Part shown: in pieces, positions 39,471 through 53,452 of the stretch
How positions within the stretch are numbered: position 1 is the first letter of the stretch
Layout of the letters: each line of letters opens with the position of its first letter
Source: Anthoceros angustus
Taxonomy: Eukaryota; Plantae; Anthocerotophyta
Length of the DNA: 64,000 nt
Direction: 5' to 3'
Assembly (NCBI GenBank): GCA_010909165.1
Contig: MU008160.1
Location: 806,001 to 870,000, forward strand
Notes under the pieces: generated by a model
The model's input: only the letters and a program-made list of their open reading frames with translations
The model's database searches: none
Told to the model about the DNA's origin: nothing
Made by a program: the position numbers and the translations under genes

Positions 39471-39935
39471 GACCATGGTCCAAGGATGGTTACCATATGT
39501 GGTCAAAGTGTTGACTACTTATTCGAGATCCAAGGAGCATTGTTCGCAATGCACCTAATGACCATGTTCCAAGGATGGTTAATGCATGTGGAAGCGTGAC
39601 TACTTTTCGAGATCCAAGGACCATTGTTTAATGCAATGAATGACCATGGTCCAAGGATGTTAATGCATATGTGTTAATGTTGTTGAGTACTTTTCGAGCC
39701 AAGGACCATTGTTCGCAATGCAATCGGAATGACCATGGTCCAAGGACGGTTAATGCATATGTGTTCAAACAGTGTTGAGTACCTTTTCGACAGCCAAGGA
39801 CCATTGTTCGCAATGCAATCGAAATGACCATGGTCCAAGGATGGTTAATGCATATGTGGGTCGAACAGTGTTGAATACTTTTTCAACAGCCAAGGACCAT
39901 TGTTCGCAATGCAATCGGAATGACCATGGTCCAAG
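39471..39935 (+). repeat. Tandem array of five units of 82-96 bp plus a partial sixth, inside the CACTA
   Basis: Units start at about 39471, 39560, 39642, 39731, 39826 and 39922; each begins with the palindrome GACCATGGTC (one mismatch in unit 2). Confidence 0.92.
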
Positions 39936-42839
39936 TAGTTATTTCACTCCCCGTCGTAACCTTGTGGTGACGGGTGGAGGAGGGAAAGAGTGGGGCGGAG
40001 ATCATCCGAGCCACCTACATTCAGTTTCCGCCTTTTGCGGACATTATAACCACAATGGCAATAAACATCGCCCATCTGCCTATTATGATCCTTGCAAGTA
40101 CATGGCCCGCATACAATATGCCATGACAAAAGGACAAGTGGTAGGTCGAACCCTATGATGTATCCTACTTGAAACCCACTTGACTTGGTTGCCTTCATCA
40201 AAGTGAAGATACCGCTAATGTCGACACGCCATTGCCAATAAGTGATGGTGACGGTAGCATTTGTGCCATGTCCCGTGATGTAAGGAAGACCGTGATCATC
40301 ATTTCGCACACGGCATGGCACTTGTCGAGCTCGCTCCTCTTTGACCAGCCTAAGACAGATGTGAACCGAGATACCGCAATAAGATCCCAGATCGCCATCC
40401 ACCGCGTGGGCTCGTGAGTATAATGTCTGTTGAGCATCGCGGCTCCGACCATCAACTAGGAGACATGGCAGGAGGATGACACATGGCTGAAATTGTGAAA
40501 AACTGCAATGACGACAACCCTCACGTCACTGGGAAGACGGACGTTTGTGGCCTTTTTTTTTCATATCACGCAGTAGAGCACTGGCATTGGAATCCGCGCC
40601 ACTCTATGCCCGCACTAACCGACCGCCATCCTCATTGCAACTTGCAATAGTGGTCATTCATGGAAATCGATAGCCGGGAAAGCCTGCCATGCCTGCGTTT
40701 TCCCTTTACAGGAACGGTCGACATGAAAGATTCCCTCGACCGTTCCTCCATTCGCCATGACGCACAATTTGCCACGGCCCCTCATCTGCATGCACGGTTT
40801 AAATGACCTTGCCGGGCCTCCGCTTCATGGTTGTGGCGATCTGCTCCTCCAAGCATGCGCCCTTGTGGAATAGTCGAGGAGGTGCAACTCCCAACCCTTG
40901 CCCTCTCCTCCTCTCTTCATCCCCGAATTGCCATGGGCATGTAGGAAACCAACTTCGTTGGAGGGCCTCGTGATCGAACCGAACCACCATTGGTTTGTTG
41001 TTCTCTCCATCTCCGGTGCACACCCCATCGCCGATGGCCATCAAGGACCCCAAGCACCGAGGGCGTCACTCGCCCATCTTAGGGGCGGTCTCGTGTGCAT
41101 GCAACCGGGAATCCGCCATTGGGGTGGCAATGTGGAAGTCGCCAATGGTCACGAGTGGCGATGGTATCCAACCTCATGTGGCATGGAAGGTGTCGGGCAC
41201 AAATCAAACACCTCGTTTCACAAGCCGTGACCGTGTGGCGATCATTTCTTTGAACCTCGTGGATGTTTGGATTTCTCTTTATATGTTGCAAACGTTCATT
41301 TCCTCACCTTCGATGTTGCTTGCAACATTGCGTGATTGTGTGTGGATATTGCTGCCACACGGCCGCGAATCGACGATGGCCATCGAGGAAGAGGGCTGCA
41401 GCTCGCTCACGCGATGGCCATCGGCGATCGGAGGTTGCTCGCCCCACGCCACGGGACGAGGCAAGCTTGGCCGTCCCGGCTTTTGCCGTCTCTTGGGCAT
41501 GACAATGCCGTGTTCGGGGCCGTTATACCTCACATTCGGGTATACTTCACCATTCTTAAAGGCGGCGTTGGGAAATGTGATTCCTCCATTTGTACCACGT
41601 GTACTACTCATCAACACTGCAATAAAAGTCGATGACTGTCATGTCCACTTCGGAATGGATGGATAGGGGTTGGTGCCCATCCATACCGTGGAGCACATGA
41701 CATGTCACCGCCACCCACGTCACTTATGTTTGACGTGTCAATCGTGCACCGTGTGCCGATGGATGCCATATGGATTCACAAACTTTGGGATCCTTTGCCA
41801 TCGCGCGTTGCCCTCCTCCGGATAGTGCGCCCGACAAACTATACAAGTGTCCGCCTCCAAACCGTGATGGATCGAGGTGGAAACGAAGGCGGGACTTTCG
41901 CAAGCCTCGAAGTTGAAGGCGAAAGGGAGGTTGAGAGGGAAGGGAAGGCGACACAACACTCCCCGCCTTCACCGACCATGCATACGCGGGAGAGGGAAGC
42001 GGGGAGGATTCTGCTTTGGGGGCGGCGCCGTCTCCCCCCACGCCGCGCGAACTCGCAGTAATTTCCCAATGGGAGGAAGAGGCAAGTCGCATGGAGCTAC
42101 ACTTTTGCAGGCCACGATCCAAGGAGGTCGAACTTGAGTCGATTGTTTCGGATAGAACAAATCGCCGCTGGGGCTTCACATCCAAGCGGCCACTATGGCT
42201 ACACACCTCAAGAATGGACTTGGGGGCGTAAGAGACGGCATGGAACACGCTGTGCCACCGGGTGCACCGCCTTCACCGCAATGGCGCACGCAACATGGGA
42301 GTTGTATAGAGACTTTGAGAGCATGAGCTCAACACTATCCTCGCTATGGACGGTGCAAATCAAGGAGGTGGCTGCAGAAAGGATGGGCGCCTCGTCGAGC
42401 ATCTTCCGCCTTTCAATGCAACCGCTTCCCACGGGTTTGAATGTAAAATTGTGAAGGAGGTGGGGCATCTGTTTAGCCTGAACACATGTTTGCAAGTGCA
42501 ATGACTCATGCATGTAGACATGACGTTGCTGCCCGCCCGCTAGCCGTCGCTCATCTCCTCCCTTTCAACCACCTCACCACCTACCGACGGTGCGCTCAAT
42601 GTCGGAGTGTTTATTCAGGCCCGTGACATCCCGCCAATGCAATGATTCATCCCATCCCGCCGCTCTCACCACTGGGATGAACATGGCGTGAATCCACAAC
42701 CGTACTTCCTCTCCGCGGCCATCGACGGACTCCATCGCCCGAGGTGCTCTAATGTTGAAGGACCGGTTCTCGATTTGGAGACGCGTGCGCTGCGGCGTGA
42801 TGCCCGCACCGGCGGTGCATGAGGGTCGTTGAATTGGAC

Positions 42840-44764
42840 ATGAATTCGGCGGTCATGATTCATAGGTTGCCCGTGCGTGCCGCCTCGATTGCTTGTCCGA
42901 CACCGGTCGGGACCACGTGCAAGATGCCCCGATTTGCAAATGAGGTTTACATGTTTTGTCCATGCCGTGCGGTGTGGCGACCTCTGGCGGATTCCAGCGC
43001 ACATCTCAAGATCGCACTGCTTGGCGGCTGCACGGCTCCGCCGCGTAAGCTCAAGGCGTGCTGCATGACCATTGCTCTCTAATTTGCATTAATCGAGGTT
43101 TATCCGCACTGCGGAGCCAAGTTTGGACAGCGGTGGCGGAGGCCTTGAAGGCGCCTCTCCACCGCAGACGGACACGGAAACGGGCTCGAGGAGTATGAAA
43201 TGCGACAACAAGGCAATGGGGCGACCAAAGTGGCAATGTGGAGAGCATGGACGAGGAACGGGATGCGGTACCTCATATGCACTGTGGACGACTTGCCGGA
43301 AGCAATCGATCATGCACTTGGCACGGAGGGAACCGCGCGACGTAACCGCCGCTTGTCGCGGCGAGACGCCTTTATACCAGGTGTGAACAAAGGGTGAAAG
43401 CGAAGAGAGGGCTAAGCGCCACATCGTTGTTGTCTTGGCAAACCATGTTTGACATCGACGCCGTGACAGCCCTCTTAAAGATCTTAAGTGTGGATTTTTG
43501 CCGATCGAACGAGTTACGAAGGACATGTACGAGGCCAAGTCATGCACCTATTTGGCCCCGATATGAGAAAATCCATGCTTGTGAGAAAGATCGCTGCTGT
43601 GGGCGAGTACGGGACGCAACCATTGCCCAAAGTGTGGACGCGGTTCGTGGATGGGTTTGATGAACGCCGAGTCCTCGGAAGGTCCTCCGGCATTGAAACC
43701 GCGATCAAACGCATGTTTGAATGGCGGAAATAGCACGATTGATGACTTGGTATGTCGGGAGGCAAAGCGAGAATGGGGACATGTCCATGATGGCGGATAC
43801 CCGGCATGGAGAGCACTAGATGCGCTTGACGGTTTCGGCGATGAGCCGAGGAACTTGAGGTTAGCATTATCCACGACGGTTCAACCTGCTTTTGTGTCCG
43901 CAAACACGTCCATATGGCGGTTTTGGTATTTGTGCACAACATGCCACCTTGGGCCAAAGACAAAGGACGCGATGTCATCATGCCTCCGATTGTGCCGGGA
44001 TGGTTAAAATTTCGATGTGTACATGGCACCCGGTAGATGAACTCAAGAGTTATGGAGGGGGGTGGACATGGAAGATTTCTCAATGCCGGTAAACCATCCT
44101 AAGAGGCATTTCAAGTTACGCGCAGCGGTTCTGCACATCATTGCCGATTACCCGGGGTTGGGTACCCTCACCGGATTGCAAGTGAGAGGGAAGCGAGCGT
44201 GTGTCGATTGCTGGCTGGACCTTGATTCTCGCTATTCCAGAGATTTGAAAAAGCCCGTTTATGTCGGATCGCGTCGGTGGCTACCAGCTAATGACAGTGG
44301 ACGGTGGAGGATGATTGGTTTGATGGATGGACCTCGACCCAAACCAAAGCCGCCGCCAACGCTCGATGATATTGTGACGGATATGGCACGCAGAAGAACA
44401 CCGCAGACGCGTCCGGGGCAACTTTGGAACCGTGGAGAATGTCGCCCTTGTTCGTAGTCCGCCATATCGGCCACATGCTTGTGTGGGCGCCAAAGGATGT
44501 GATGCACGTGGAAAAAACAATGCAGAGGCCATATGGCACACGGGGAGAGCGAGATGACATTGCTTCGCGCATGGACATGGTAGCAAGCGGAGGGAAAAGA
44601 TGGTTGTGGCTCAGAGGACGATGGCCAATACCCGCAGCGCCAGACGCTTTGTCCAAATCGAGACTTGAAGATTGAGGGCATTAAACGCATCAAGCGCCCA
44701 GGCTATGGGTCCAACATATAGCACTAAGGTGGAAAGCGGGAAGTTGGCTGAAATGCATGCTGAG
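42840..44764 (+). pseudogene. tnpD: CACTA TnpD-like transposase, 5' part (start approximate)
   Basis: MFCPCR (transposase-associated domain), YEKIHAC, FGDEPRNLRLALST, FKLRAAVLHIIADYPGLGTLTG..ACVDC, DVMHVEK, GYGSNI; cut at the KSHD motif. Confidence 0.88.
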
Positions 44765-47700
44765 TGTGGAAGACCACATGTGAACTAACCCCGCCTCTCA
44801 AGTGTCGGTGAACGATTTTTTTGTTTTGGGTGTGTTAGAATAGCGAGTGCTTTGAGAATCGCCCGAGTCGTCTTTTATACGGAATGGTCCTTGGCCCTTG
44901 GAGATAATAATTTTTCGACCCTTAGGTTTGACCCGGAGGGTGGGGTAGAAATAGAGTCCTTGGGTATTGGGAATTTTTAGAATAAAAGGTGTCTATATAT
45001 GCTAGGGATGCTCACAATATGCCAGCTTGTAGTCAAGTGGGGTGGTGGCTAGTTCCACCACGGTGGCCGAGAACGGACGCATGCACTGTGGGGAATTTAC
45101 AACCCTAGTGGCGGAGCGGGACTACCCACGGAGAACCGGGAGAAGGCACACCCAAGACCGCGAGGTCGCGACTTTCCGTGAGGGGCGGAGCGGAGTCAGA
45201 AGAGGGGCGCTGCATACGACGCCAGCCAACCACCGCCTCGGCAGGAGGAAAAGGCGCGACGATCGGCAGGCGGGCGGCGGAGGAGAGAAATCGGGCGCCG
45301 GCAAGTTCGCGAGGAGGCGTGGAAGGAGCGCGCGAGGGCGGTCGATTTTTTTTTCTCTTCCACTGTGATCCGCAGGGTAGTCGAGGTTTTGTTTTTGGGA
45401 GACAACGAGAGAAGGAGATGGCGCCCCGAGCTGCGGCCGAAATCCCCACCACGCAGTGGCCCAACATGGACCACTGGAAAGTGAGAGCTGGCAGCCTGGT
45501 GCAGGAGCTGGGTCTGAAGTTCATGGAGAAGAAATGGTGCTACGACAGCCCTGCATTGGTGCAAGAGTGCGCCCGGCAATTAAGGACCAAGTCGCAAGAG
45601 GGTGACGCGAGGAAAAGGCCGCAGAATCTGGATTTGGCCTCTTCGAGCAAAGAATGGGCGAGAAGCATCGAGGATGGGAGCTTGGTGATTGACCCCAGAA
45701 AGAAGACCTTGAAAGCGCAGCCGCGCCATGAAGCCTGGGAAGTGAGAGTGAACAATGGTCGGGTGACTCGCCAACTCGTGGTTCATGGTGGGATTGGCCA
45801 AATGGATTTTGTGTTCCTGTAACCGGAAGTCGGATCATATGGCGGATCACTTCTTGGTTTTCTTCACGAGGTGGTCAAGGGTACACAAATTGATTGGGGA
45901 GGATGATTAAAGAGCCTGTGAGGAGAAGGCGATTTACTCTTCTTCCCTCGGCCCTCCTTGATTTCGCTTTTCCGATTCATGTATTTCGCATTCCGGTGTT
46001 TAACTGAGTTGAAGTCGGGTCCGCCCGCATGGTTGGAAGCCGGGGAACTCAAGGTAGAAGAGGAGGAATTGAAGGAGGATTCGCAAGGATTCCAAGCGGG
46101 GAGTGCGCTCGAAGGTTCAAGAGGAGGGGAAGTTTCAAGGGTAAGAAGCGAAGGGCGGCAACGGTAACGGGGATCAAGAAGGGGAGGGCAAAAGAAGCAG
46201 AGGAGAGGAACCCACAGCCACACCTGTGGTCACCAGTCAAGAGGCAGCAGGAACGCGGGTAAAGGAGGAAAAGTAAAGGGAATGGTAAGTTGCTCCCTGT
46301 GGGATGAACCGCTAGGGGAGAATGAGCGGGGAAGAGGCAGGACAACCTAGGAGAGGAGGGTTAACTTCCCGAGACCGCAACGGAGCTCCGGACATTTTGA
46401 CATTTCACCGAACCGTCTGCCGAGGTGGGGATAGAGACACCGCTAAGAGAATTGTTGGAGGCGGATGGGCAAGGGACAGCCAATTTGGGGATTTGTGGTT
46501 TGACTTGCCATGGGCACGCAGCGGATCTCTTGATCAAGACCATGCTCACTTGGCGAGTGCAAGGCTGTCAGGAGAAGTTGCTCAAGGAGAAGTTGGAGAG
46601 CCCGGAAGAGAGAGGCGGCCGAGAGAGACGGAGGGCGGGCCATCAAGGCACAGGAGGCAAGGCACATGTCCACCAACAGAAGAGTAAATCAGTCAAGAGC
46701 TACAATTGAAGAGCGTGATGAGTCCCAGTGGGGAGTGAGCGGAGAAATTCAGAATCATGGAGAGGTGTTGTCCGGAAAGAGAGCTAGGCCAGTCAAGAGA
46801 GAGGTGGCAAACCGGATCCGAGCTGCCCACCGCAGAGCAAACAACCACCGTGGGAGCCACCACGGTGGCTAAATAGCCACCGGGCCGTGGAACGGGAACC
46901 CGAGGTGGGGAAGCACAATGGAGTGTCAGAGGAGGGACGGACATAGACAAAGCTGAGGATTGTCCACTGAGAGAGGAGGGACCTTGATGGCGGGCGAGGC
47001 AGGCGTCCTGGCTGAGGAGCGCGTCTGGCGGTTCAGGTGAGGGGAGTGCTCATCAAAGAGATGTGGTTGATTGGGAGAGGGGCGTCCAGGCAGATTTGAG
47101 AGTGTAGGGTTCCCAGTAGAGGGTCATCCGTGGGTGGAGTGAAGCCGAAGAGTGAGGGGATTGAGTGGAGAGGAGACCGGTTGGCGTCCGCCAAGAAGGC
47201 CGGGAGGATGGTCGAGGCGGGTGGGCTCACGCCGGAAGGAAAGGCGAAAAAAGAGGTAGGAGGCCGAGGCGAACCTGAAGGCTTTTCCAACCGCCCTGGT
47301 CCTCCCAACCATGTGTGGTCCAGAGGTGAGGGGTGAAAAGGGTCGGCCCGGAGACGAGAGAGAGTTCATTGGGAAGGGAAAGGTTCCTGAGGTAGTTGTG
47401 TGCGCTACTGGGAGGGATTGTGAGAGTGAGGGAAAATCAAACGCTGAGGGGAGTGGAAGGTGGATCGCAGAAATTCCTAAGTAAGGTGAGGCGATATAGG
47501 TGTCCATAGCCCCTAGGTCCGTGTTAGAGAAGTCTGATAGACTCGAAGGCGGCAGGTGGGGCCCGCCAGGGCCGAACTGCCACCGCGGGGTGGCCGAGTC
47601 TACCACGGTGGTGGGTTTGGGCAAGGTAGCTGGAGAAGGTGGGTAGCGACGGTGTCTAGAATCCATAGATTTAGCACCTTGACACAACACCATTCCCTTG

Positions 47701-47768
47701 GGATCGAATCCTACGACATAGAGGGTAAATGTGGCCTCTTTGGCCTTCGATGCAAAACCCATTCCACA
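44765..47768 (+). repeat. Gypsy 5' LTR (about 3.0 kb); PBS tggcgccgg at 47772
   Basis: Homologous to 53453-56880. Confidence 0.92.
45418..46900 (+). CDS. ORF embedded in the gypsy 5' LTR (frameshifted; end approximate); resembles accessory ORFs of plant retroelements
   Basis: MAPRAAAEI...ALVQECARQLRTK...ADHFLVFLHEVVKGTQIDWG...FAFRCLTELKSGPPAWLEAG, then charged or coiled segments; repeated in the 3' LTR. Confidence 0.55.
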
Positions 47769-48149
47769 TTTTGGCGCCGGAATGAAATCACAAGGTTATA
47801 GGGGACTAACCATAGCTTAGGTGTCTAGTTTTGGAGTGTATCTAGTTAGGTAGATGGATGCCACGGTTGAGTCGAGGGTTCGAGTCAAGTCGGACGGAAG
47901 GCCACACGAGAAGCGACAACGCCAAGCAATCGGAAAGGTTAGGGTTGCAAACCGCGAGTTGAGGAGGGTCCACAAGACGCACCCGCTGGAAGGGTGAGCA
48001 AAGGAGATCGTTGGAGATCAATCGACCCCGCAGAACCGTTGTTGACCAACCACCGAATCAAGAACGATAGTCATGACCACCACCACACGGTGGTGGTCAC
48101 CACCAAGCAACCTTATCCGTCAGTATGGAGAGGGAAGGGGTATGAAGAC

Positions 48150-51100
48150 CCGATGAATTTGTTGAGCTTTTGAGGACATTTGCAAACCAGAAGCGGAGAT
48201 GCACAGATTCATTGTTCTATGGAGTTCTTCGGGGTCCAAATAAGTGGTATAGGCGAATACCTCAAGTCACCACACCTCCAAAGAACCTATGAAGAATTAA
48301 AACCGCCTGTGAAAGGTTGGGGGCTTGACGAGAGGGATACGTGTTGTCCAAGCTTGGCTGCAGAGAGGAAAGAAGGAAACCTTGCAGCGTATGTGGAGAG
48401 GTTTCACACCACGCGATCAAGTGGCCCTCACTGAGTTGCAGCAATACGGTGGTTCGCTAAAGGCCCGGGTTCTAAGATGGGGAGACACGTAAGGTTACAA
48501 GCGGAGAAGAATTTGGGCAAGGCTATCAAGGCGGCGCTAAACTATGAGGAATCCAACCCGCAAGGGAGGAGGAAGGCTAAGAAGGAGAAGAAGAAGCCGT
48601 GGATCGGAAAAAGAAGGGATTCCTCATCCTCCTCGGAAGGAAGTTCATCGTGAAGAAAGCTCCACGAAGATTCCACGTAAAGTTCCTCGAGGAGGAAACG
48701 AGTGCGCCTGAGGAAGGCCATCGATGAGGAGCGCCAAATGGAAAAAGAAAATGAAGGGTCGCACGGACAACAAGGAGGGCAAGGGCAAAACAGAGGCGAT
48801 GTACGCAAAGAAGGACGCGAATAAGCGAGAAGGGAGGCCGAGGTAGCCAAGAAAGTAGAACAACAGGGGAACAAGATGGAGGAGATGATGGCAAAATTCG
48901 AAATTCCATCTTAATGCGGTCAAGGAACATGAGAGGCGGAGAGTCACGAACCCACGAGCCAACCTCTTCGCTCAACGTGGGGCGCAGGGACACTCCAAAG
49001 CTAATTGTCCGACGACAAGGTACACCCGGGATATGAGGAAGAGGAGGAAGAGGGTCCGTGGAAGATACATACGATCCGGAGGTTCAACAACCCAAGTGTA
49101 CCCAAAGACCATGTACCCGCCAACCTACGTAATTCCACGGGTAGGCGTCAGAATCAGGGTAACAATCCAATGGGCACCGCTTGTGCTATAATTGTCAACC
49201 TTGGACACTATGCGCACCTTATCCAACTCGTCAAGGCAATGGAGATTTTGATAAACTATGTCAAGATTAGCAAGGGCATTTGGGTGAAGTGTGCTCCAAA
49301 GCCCCAAAGACGGTGAGGATCACAGCCCACCAACGGAGTTCACCCAAACCCAAGTCCTGTCCGCCATGCATGTTGAGGACGACTTATGGCGGTATGGGAG
49401 GATGCCGAGATTGGAACCCCGAGGAGCTTGGAGGATTAGACGAGGAAGCGATTATTATGGGGAAGCCTCCGCCATGGTCGTAGAACAAGGAGCACAAAAG
49501 CAAAAGAGAGCGACGTGGGGAAAAAAGAAGAAAGGAGGCGGATACGACCACGGATCGATGAGGGAGAGAGTGTCGCCACCAGGGCGGAAATACCAACACC
49601 GAACGCTAAAAAAGAAAACAAGTCCTGGTGACTTGGCGGATGGACCATATGTGCAAAAGAGTGATGCAAATGAGACTGAGTGTTCCAATGCGGAAAGGTG
49701 AATGAAGGTCACGACGAAGTAAGGGGTGGAACCCTACCGATTTCGAGAAAGTTACCGAACCGGAGTTAGGGTTTCCACGACGGGCGAAGTCATGGATATG
49801 ATACAAGAAGAATTGGCAAGGAGGCTACGGGGAAAAGGCGGGTGTCGATTTCCACCACCCTGTGGGAGTCCACCACCCCACCGGAAGGGCCACTGCACCA
49901 AGTCATGACGAACCGGGAACCCAACCAACCAAACTCGGATGGTAAGGTCGGGCCACCGCTTCTTTCAATCTCGCCGAGGCCATCATGGACCAACATTTCA
50001 TGATCACATTCGGACAACCCTCCGAGACAATCCATGTATAGGCAATGATCGAGGGCGTTAAAAGAGGCGCAACCCAAAAAGAGGCGCAATGTTCCTATAC
50101 CAGGCCGCCGCGCGTGAACTTGGTATCCATGGTGGATCAAGGCCCACCAACCTGTGGAAATTTCGGATGTGTCATCAAAGGAGTGCCTCTCACGGGTCGG
50201 TGTAAATATTATGACGTAAGACACGGCTAGGAAATTGGGCTTGGATATTGAACATACTACCAAGGTTTTGAGGCTAAACATGTCCGTAATGGTGCCCGGG
50301 TGCTAACGACCATTGGAACCATCCCTACTTGATGGATTATGTAGTCATCCAAAAAAATCGCTGTGACGACGCCCTAATTGGCCGAACATGGATGTACGAT
50401 CGCAATGCACGCCAAGTGGGCGGAAGGAAGTTTTTAAACCGCTGGAATGGGATCCCAAGACCAAGGAGGGAAGGATGTGCCTATCGTGGAGTAAGGACAT
50501 GTATGCAGTGAAACTCCAATCAAAGAGGGTACACCTCGGCAGAGGACACGCGGAGGGGGAAGAGGAAGATAGGTTCCGTCGCACACATCTCATGGTCCGA
50601 TGAGGAGCGACTACCGCAGAGATATCCATATACAATTAACCCAGGGTCGTTACGGGTAACCGAATGCTCCGGAAGGGGTCCGGCGGGATTCGAACAGCAG
50701 TGGAGAAGTGGAGGAGGCGCCACGCAGCTCACGCCGGAGGATTTGTTTAGGGAATGGGGCATGAGAGAAGAGGAACCGCGGAGCCGTAAGAAGGATTCGG
50801 GGTTAGCACCGCACGAGAGCGAGTGGCACAGTGAAGTCAAGGACGTTGAGGTTCTTCCGGAAGGTGCTCAAATTCTCCGAACAATGGATGCGGCGTTGGA
50901 GGAAGGAATGAAGCAACCGCTTAATTTATCGATGTTTTCGCCTTCGAGGTAAGACATGAAGGGATCCCAAAGAATGGGCGAGCATAGGATTGACTCGGAA
51001 CCGTGGAGCAATCCGAAGGATTCCACAAGACAAGTTAAATAAGTACTCCTCAAGGTAAAGGATCGCTTGGAGATGTACCTCAAGGCGGACGTGATCTATC

Positions 51101-53420
51101 CTATAGTCAATACCGAATGGGTGGCTCCAATAGTGGTAGTACCTAAGAGGCGCCAGCAAAATCCGAGTTTGTCGACCGGAGAAGGTTGAATAAGGTCACC
51201 AAGAAGGATCACTTTCCGCTACCCTTCATCGATAATATCCTCGGATCCGTCGCAGTGTAATGGCGATTCATTCCTAGACGGTACTGGGTATAATCACCGC
51301 ACCTTAGGGATTGGCCTCGACCGCTTACAACCGACTGGGGACATATGCTTACAAGCGCAGCGACGGGTTGACGGAGCACTGGGTCCTTCGCGAGCCATCG
51401 TCAAAATTTTCAAGGACTTCGCGACTTTATGGAAGTTTTCCGACGACTTCGCAGATTCGGGTGGGACCATCCGTCCGGAAGTGCCCGAGCGCCGCCGAGC
51501 AACGCAATTATGCGCATCCGAAAAGTGCTACTGCATGTCGAGGAATTGCAGCATCAATTTTCAAGCCGAGGTATAGAAGTAGATCCGGACAAGGTAAAGG
51601 TCATCGCCACCCTTAGAGCACCAACAACGCTAAAGGAACTCCGCGGTTCCCGGGATGGTCGATATGACGCTTGCTCCAAATTTCGCCAAGCGCCCCACTA
51701 ACGAGCTTGTTAAGGAAGGATCGAGGGAGGACGACGAACGGAGGAAGCAGTGACTTACGCACTACACGCCACAGCCCCACGCTAAAAGGACCGGATCGAG
51801 TAAGAAGTTCCACGCTGTTGATGTTTCATTTGCAATTGGGTCCCAGCTGCCGGATGAGAAGAAGAAGGATTTTCCGATCTACTGCCGGGAGACAACTAAC
51901 GGACGCGAGCAAAGTATATACCACGGAGCGCAAGCACTGGAATGGTTTACTCGGTCGAAATTCGACACTACCTCCTCTCGTATGAATTTGTGTTCCATGT
52001 TGACCACTTTGCCTTGAAACACCTTGTGAATAAACTCGACCTTTCGGACGATAGCACTGGATCTTGTGAGTTTACCTTCACAAAGGAAACGAGAGAGGGT
52101 AGGAAGCATATCAATGCCGACTTCATATCTCGATTGAAAACAGGAAAGGTGGAAAACCACCAGAAGACGACTTTCGATGAGACACTGCTCGCAGGAGTTG
52201 CAAACCAACCAGTGAAGCCTGGAAGGAGGGAGCCAAGATCGATTGAGAAGGGAGGGTGGCTTCAAGACCAACATATCGTGAGATATACGATTATCTTGGC
52301 ACAGGCCAAATTCCTCCACCTATCCAAGACATGATTCAAAGGCTTGTCCACTACTCCACCATTCACACGGCACAACATGAATTTATACCGAGTCACCCCG
52401 ACGGCGTGGAGCGGTTATGGGTACGCATCGGTGAGCGGAGTCCCGAGCTCTTTACAAGAAGAGGCGGAGGTCATTATGCCGCGCATGTCACATGCAGAAA
52501 ATTTTGAGGTCGCTTGGTGGCCTACAATGTACAAGGATGCCGGGGAGTTCGTGAAGCGCGGACGCTTGCCAAAGGGTCGGCAAGCCAACAGAACAACCCA
52601 ATGGCCCCTTGTCCCCATACTTGCACCGCACCATTCGAGAAATGGGGAATCGATTTTGTCCCCTATCCAAAAACCAAGGCTCGCCAAAACCAATACATCC
52701 CGTGGCCACAGACATCGACGCGATGATGGTAGAAGCACGCATCGCGTAGATTCGACGCCGTAGCGGCGATTCTGCTCGAGCAAATCATCACCGATATGGC
52801 TGCCACCGGAGCGGTCGCGATGAGGAACACATTTCGTCAATCGTAATCTCCAACATGACCAACCACTTCAACGCCGCCACGTGAAGTCCACGCCTTTATA
52901 ACCCAAAAGCCAATGGGACGGAAAAGGCAAATGGCTTGTTGTGCAAGATCCTAACCAAACTCACCGCGTATGCGATGATCGATATGAAATCGCATTCAAG
53001 ACTGCATCGGACCGCTGGAAAAGTGACAACGCAAAGAAACCTCAGATTATCTTACTTACGGCATTCACCATGCCAATAGAATTCAAGTTCCCACCGAGAA
53101 TACAGGAACCAAGTCGAATGGGAGGAAAGTCGCTTGGAAAGGTTGGTGGGTTTCAACGACACGGAGGAGAGAACAAGCCCTCCAAGTTATGCGGATGTCC
53201 AAAGAGGAGGAAGGAGTGGCACGACAAGAGATTGAAGCCAAGAATACGTTGTTCGGGATCCGCTTTACTATACGATAACCGATACATGCACTTTCTGTAA
53301 ATTACATCTCGATGGATGGGGCCCAGTTTCGTGGCCGGAACCGATCAATTCAACTCATTTTAGTGGCTCACCCTTGCCAACGCACAACGGTTGGCGGGTC
53401 AAGAAATATTACCAATAAGT
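48150..53420 (+). pseudogene. gag-pol: Gypsy gag-pol (heavily frameshifted as assembled; boundaries approximate)
   Basis: AAYVERF (gag), degenerate CCHC knuckles at about 48970 and 49180, GVNIM..TARKLGL and ALIGRTW (protease), VIYPIVNTEWVAPIVVVPK and KVTKKDHFPLPFID (RT), YEFVFHVDHFALKHLV (RNase H), PFEKWGIDFV (integrase); no chromodomain. Confidence 0.9.
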
Positions 53421-53440
53421 TGGCGAGGACGCCAACAAAT

Positions 53441-53450
53441 GAGAAGGGAG
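53441..53450 (+). promoter_or_regulatory. Polypurine tract of the gypsy element
   Basis: GAGAAGGGAG, 2 nt before the 3' LTR. Confidence 0.85.
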
Positions 53451-53452
53451 TA

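Noticed and set aside
39471-39935. CRISPR-like array (regular palindromic repeats)
   Set aside because: The intervening sequences are themselves homologous rather than unique spacers, there are no cas genes, and the context is a eukaryotic transposon.
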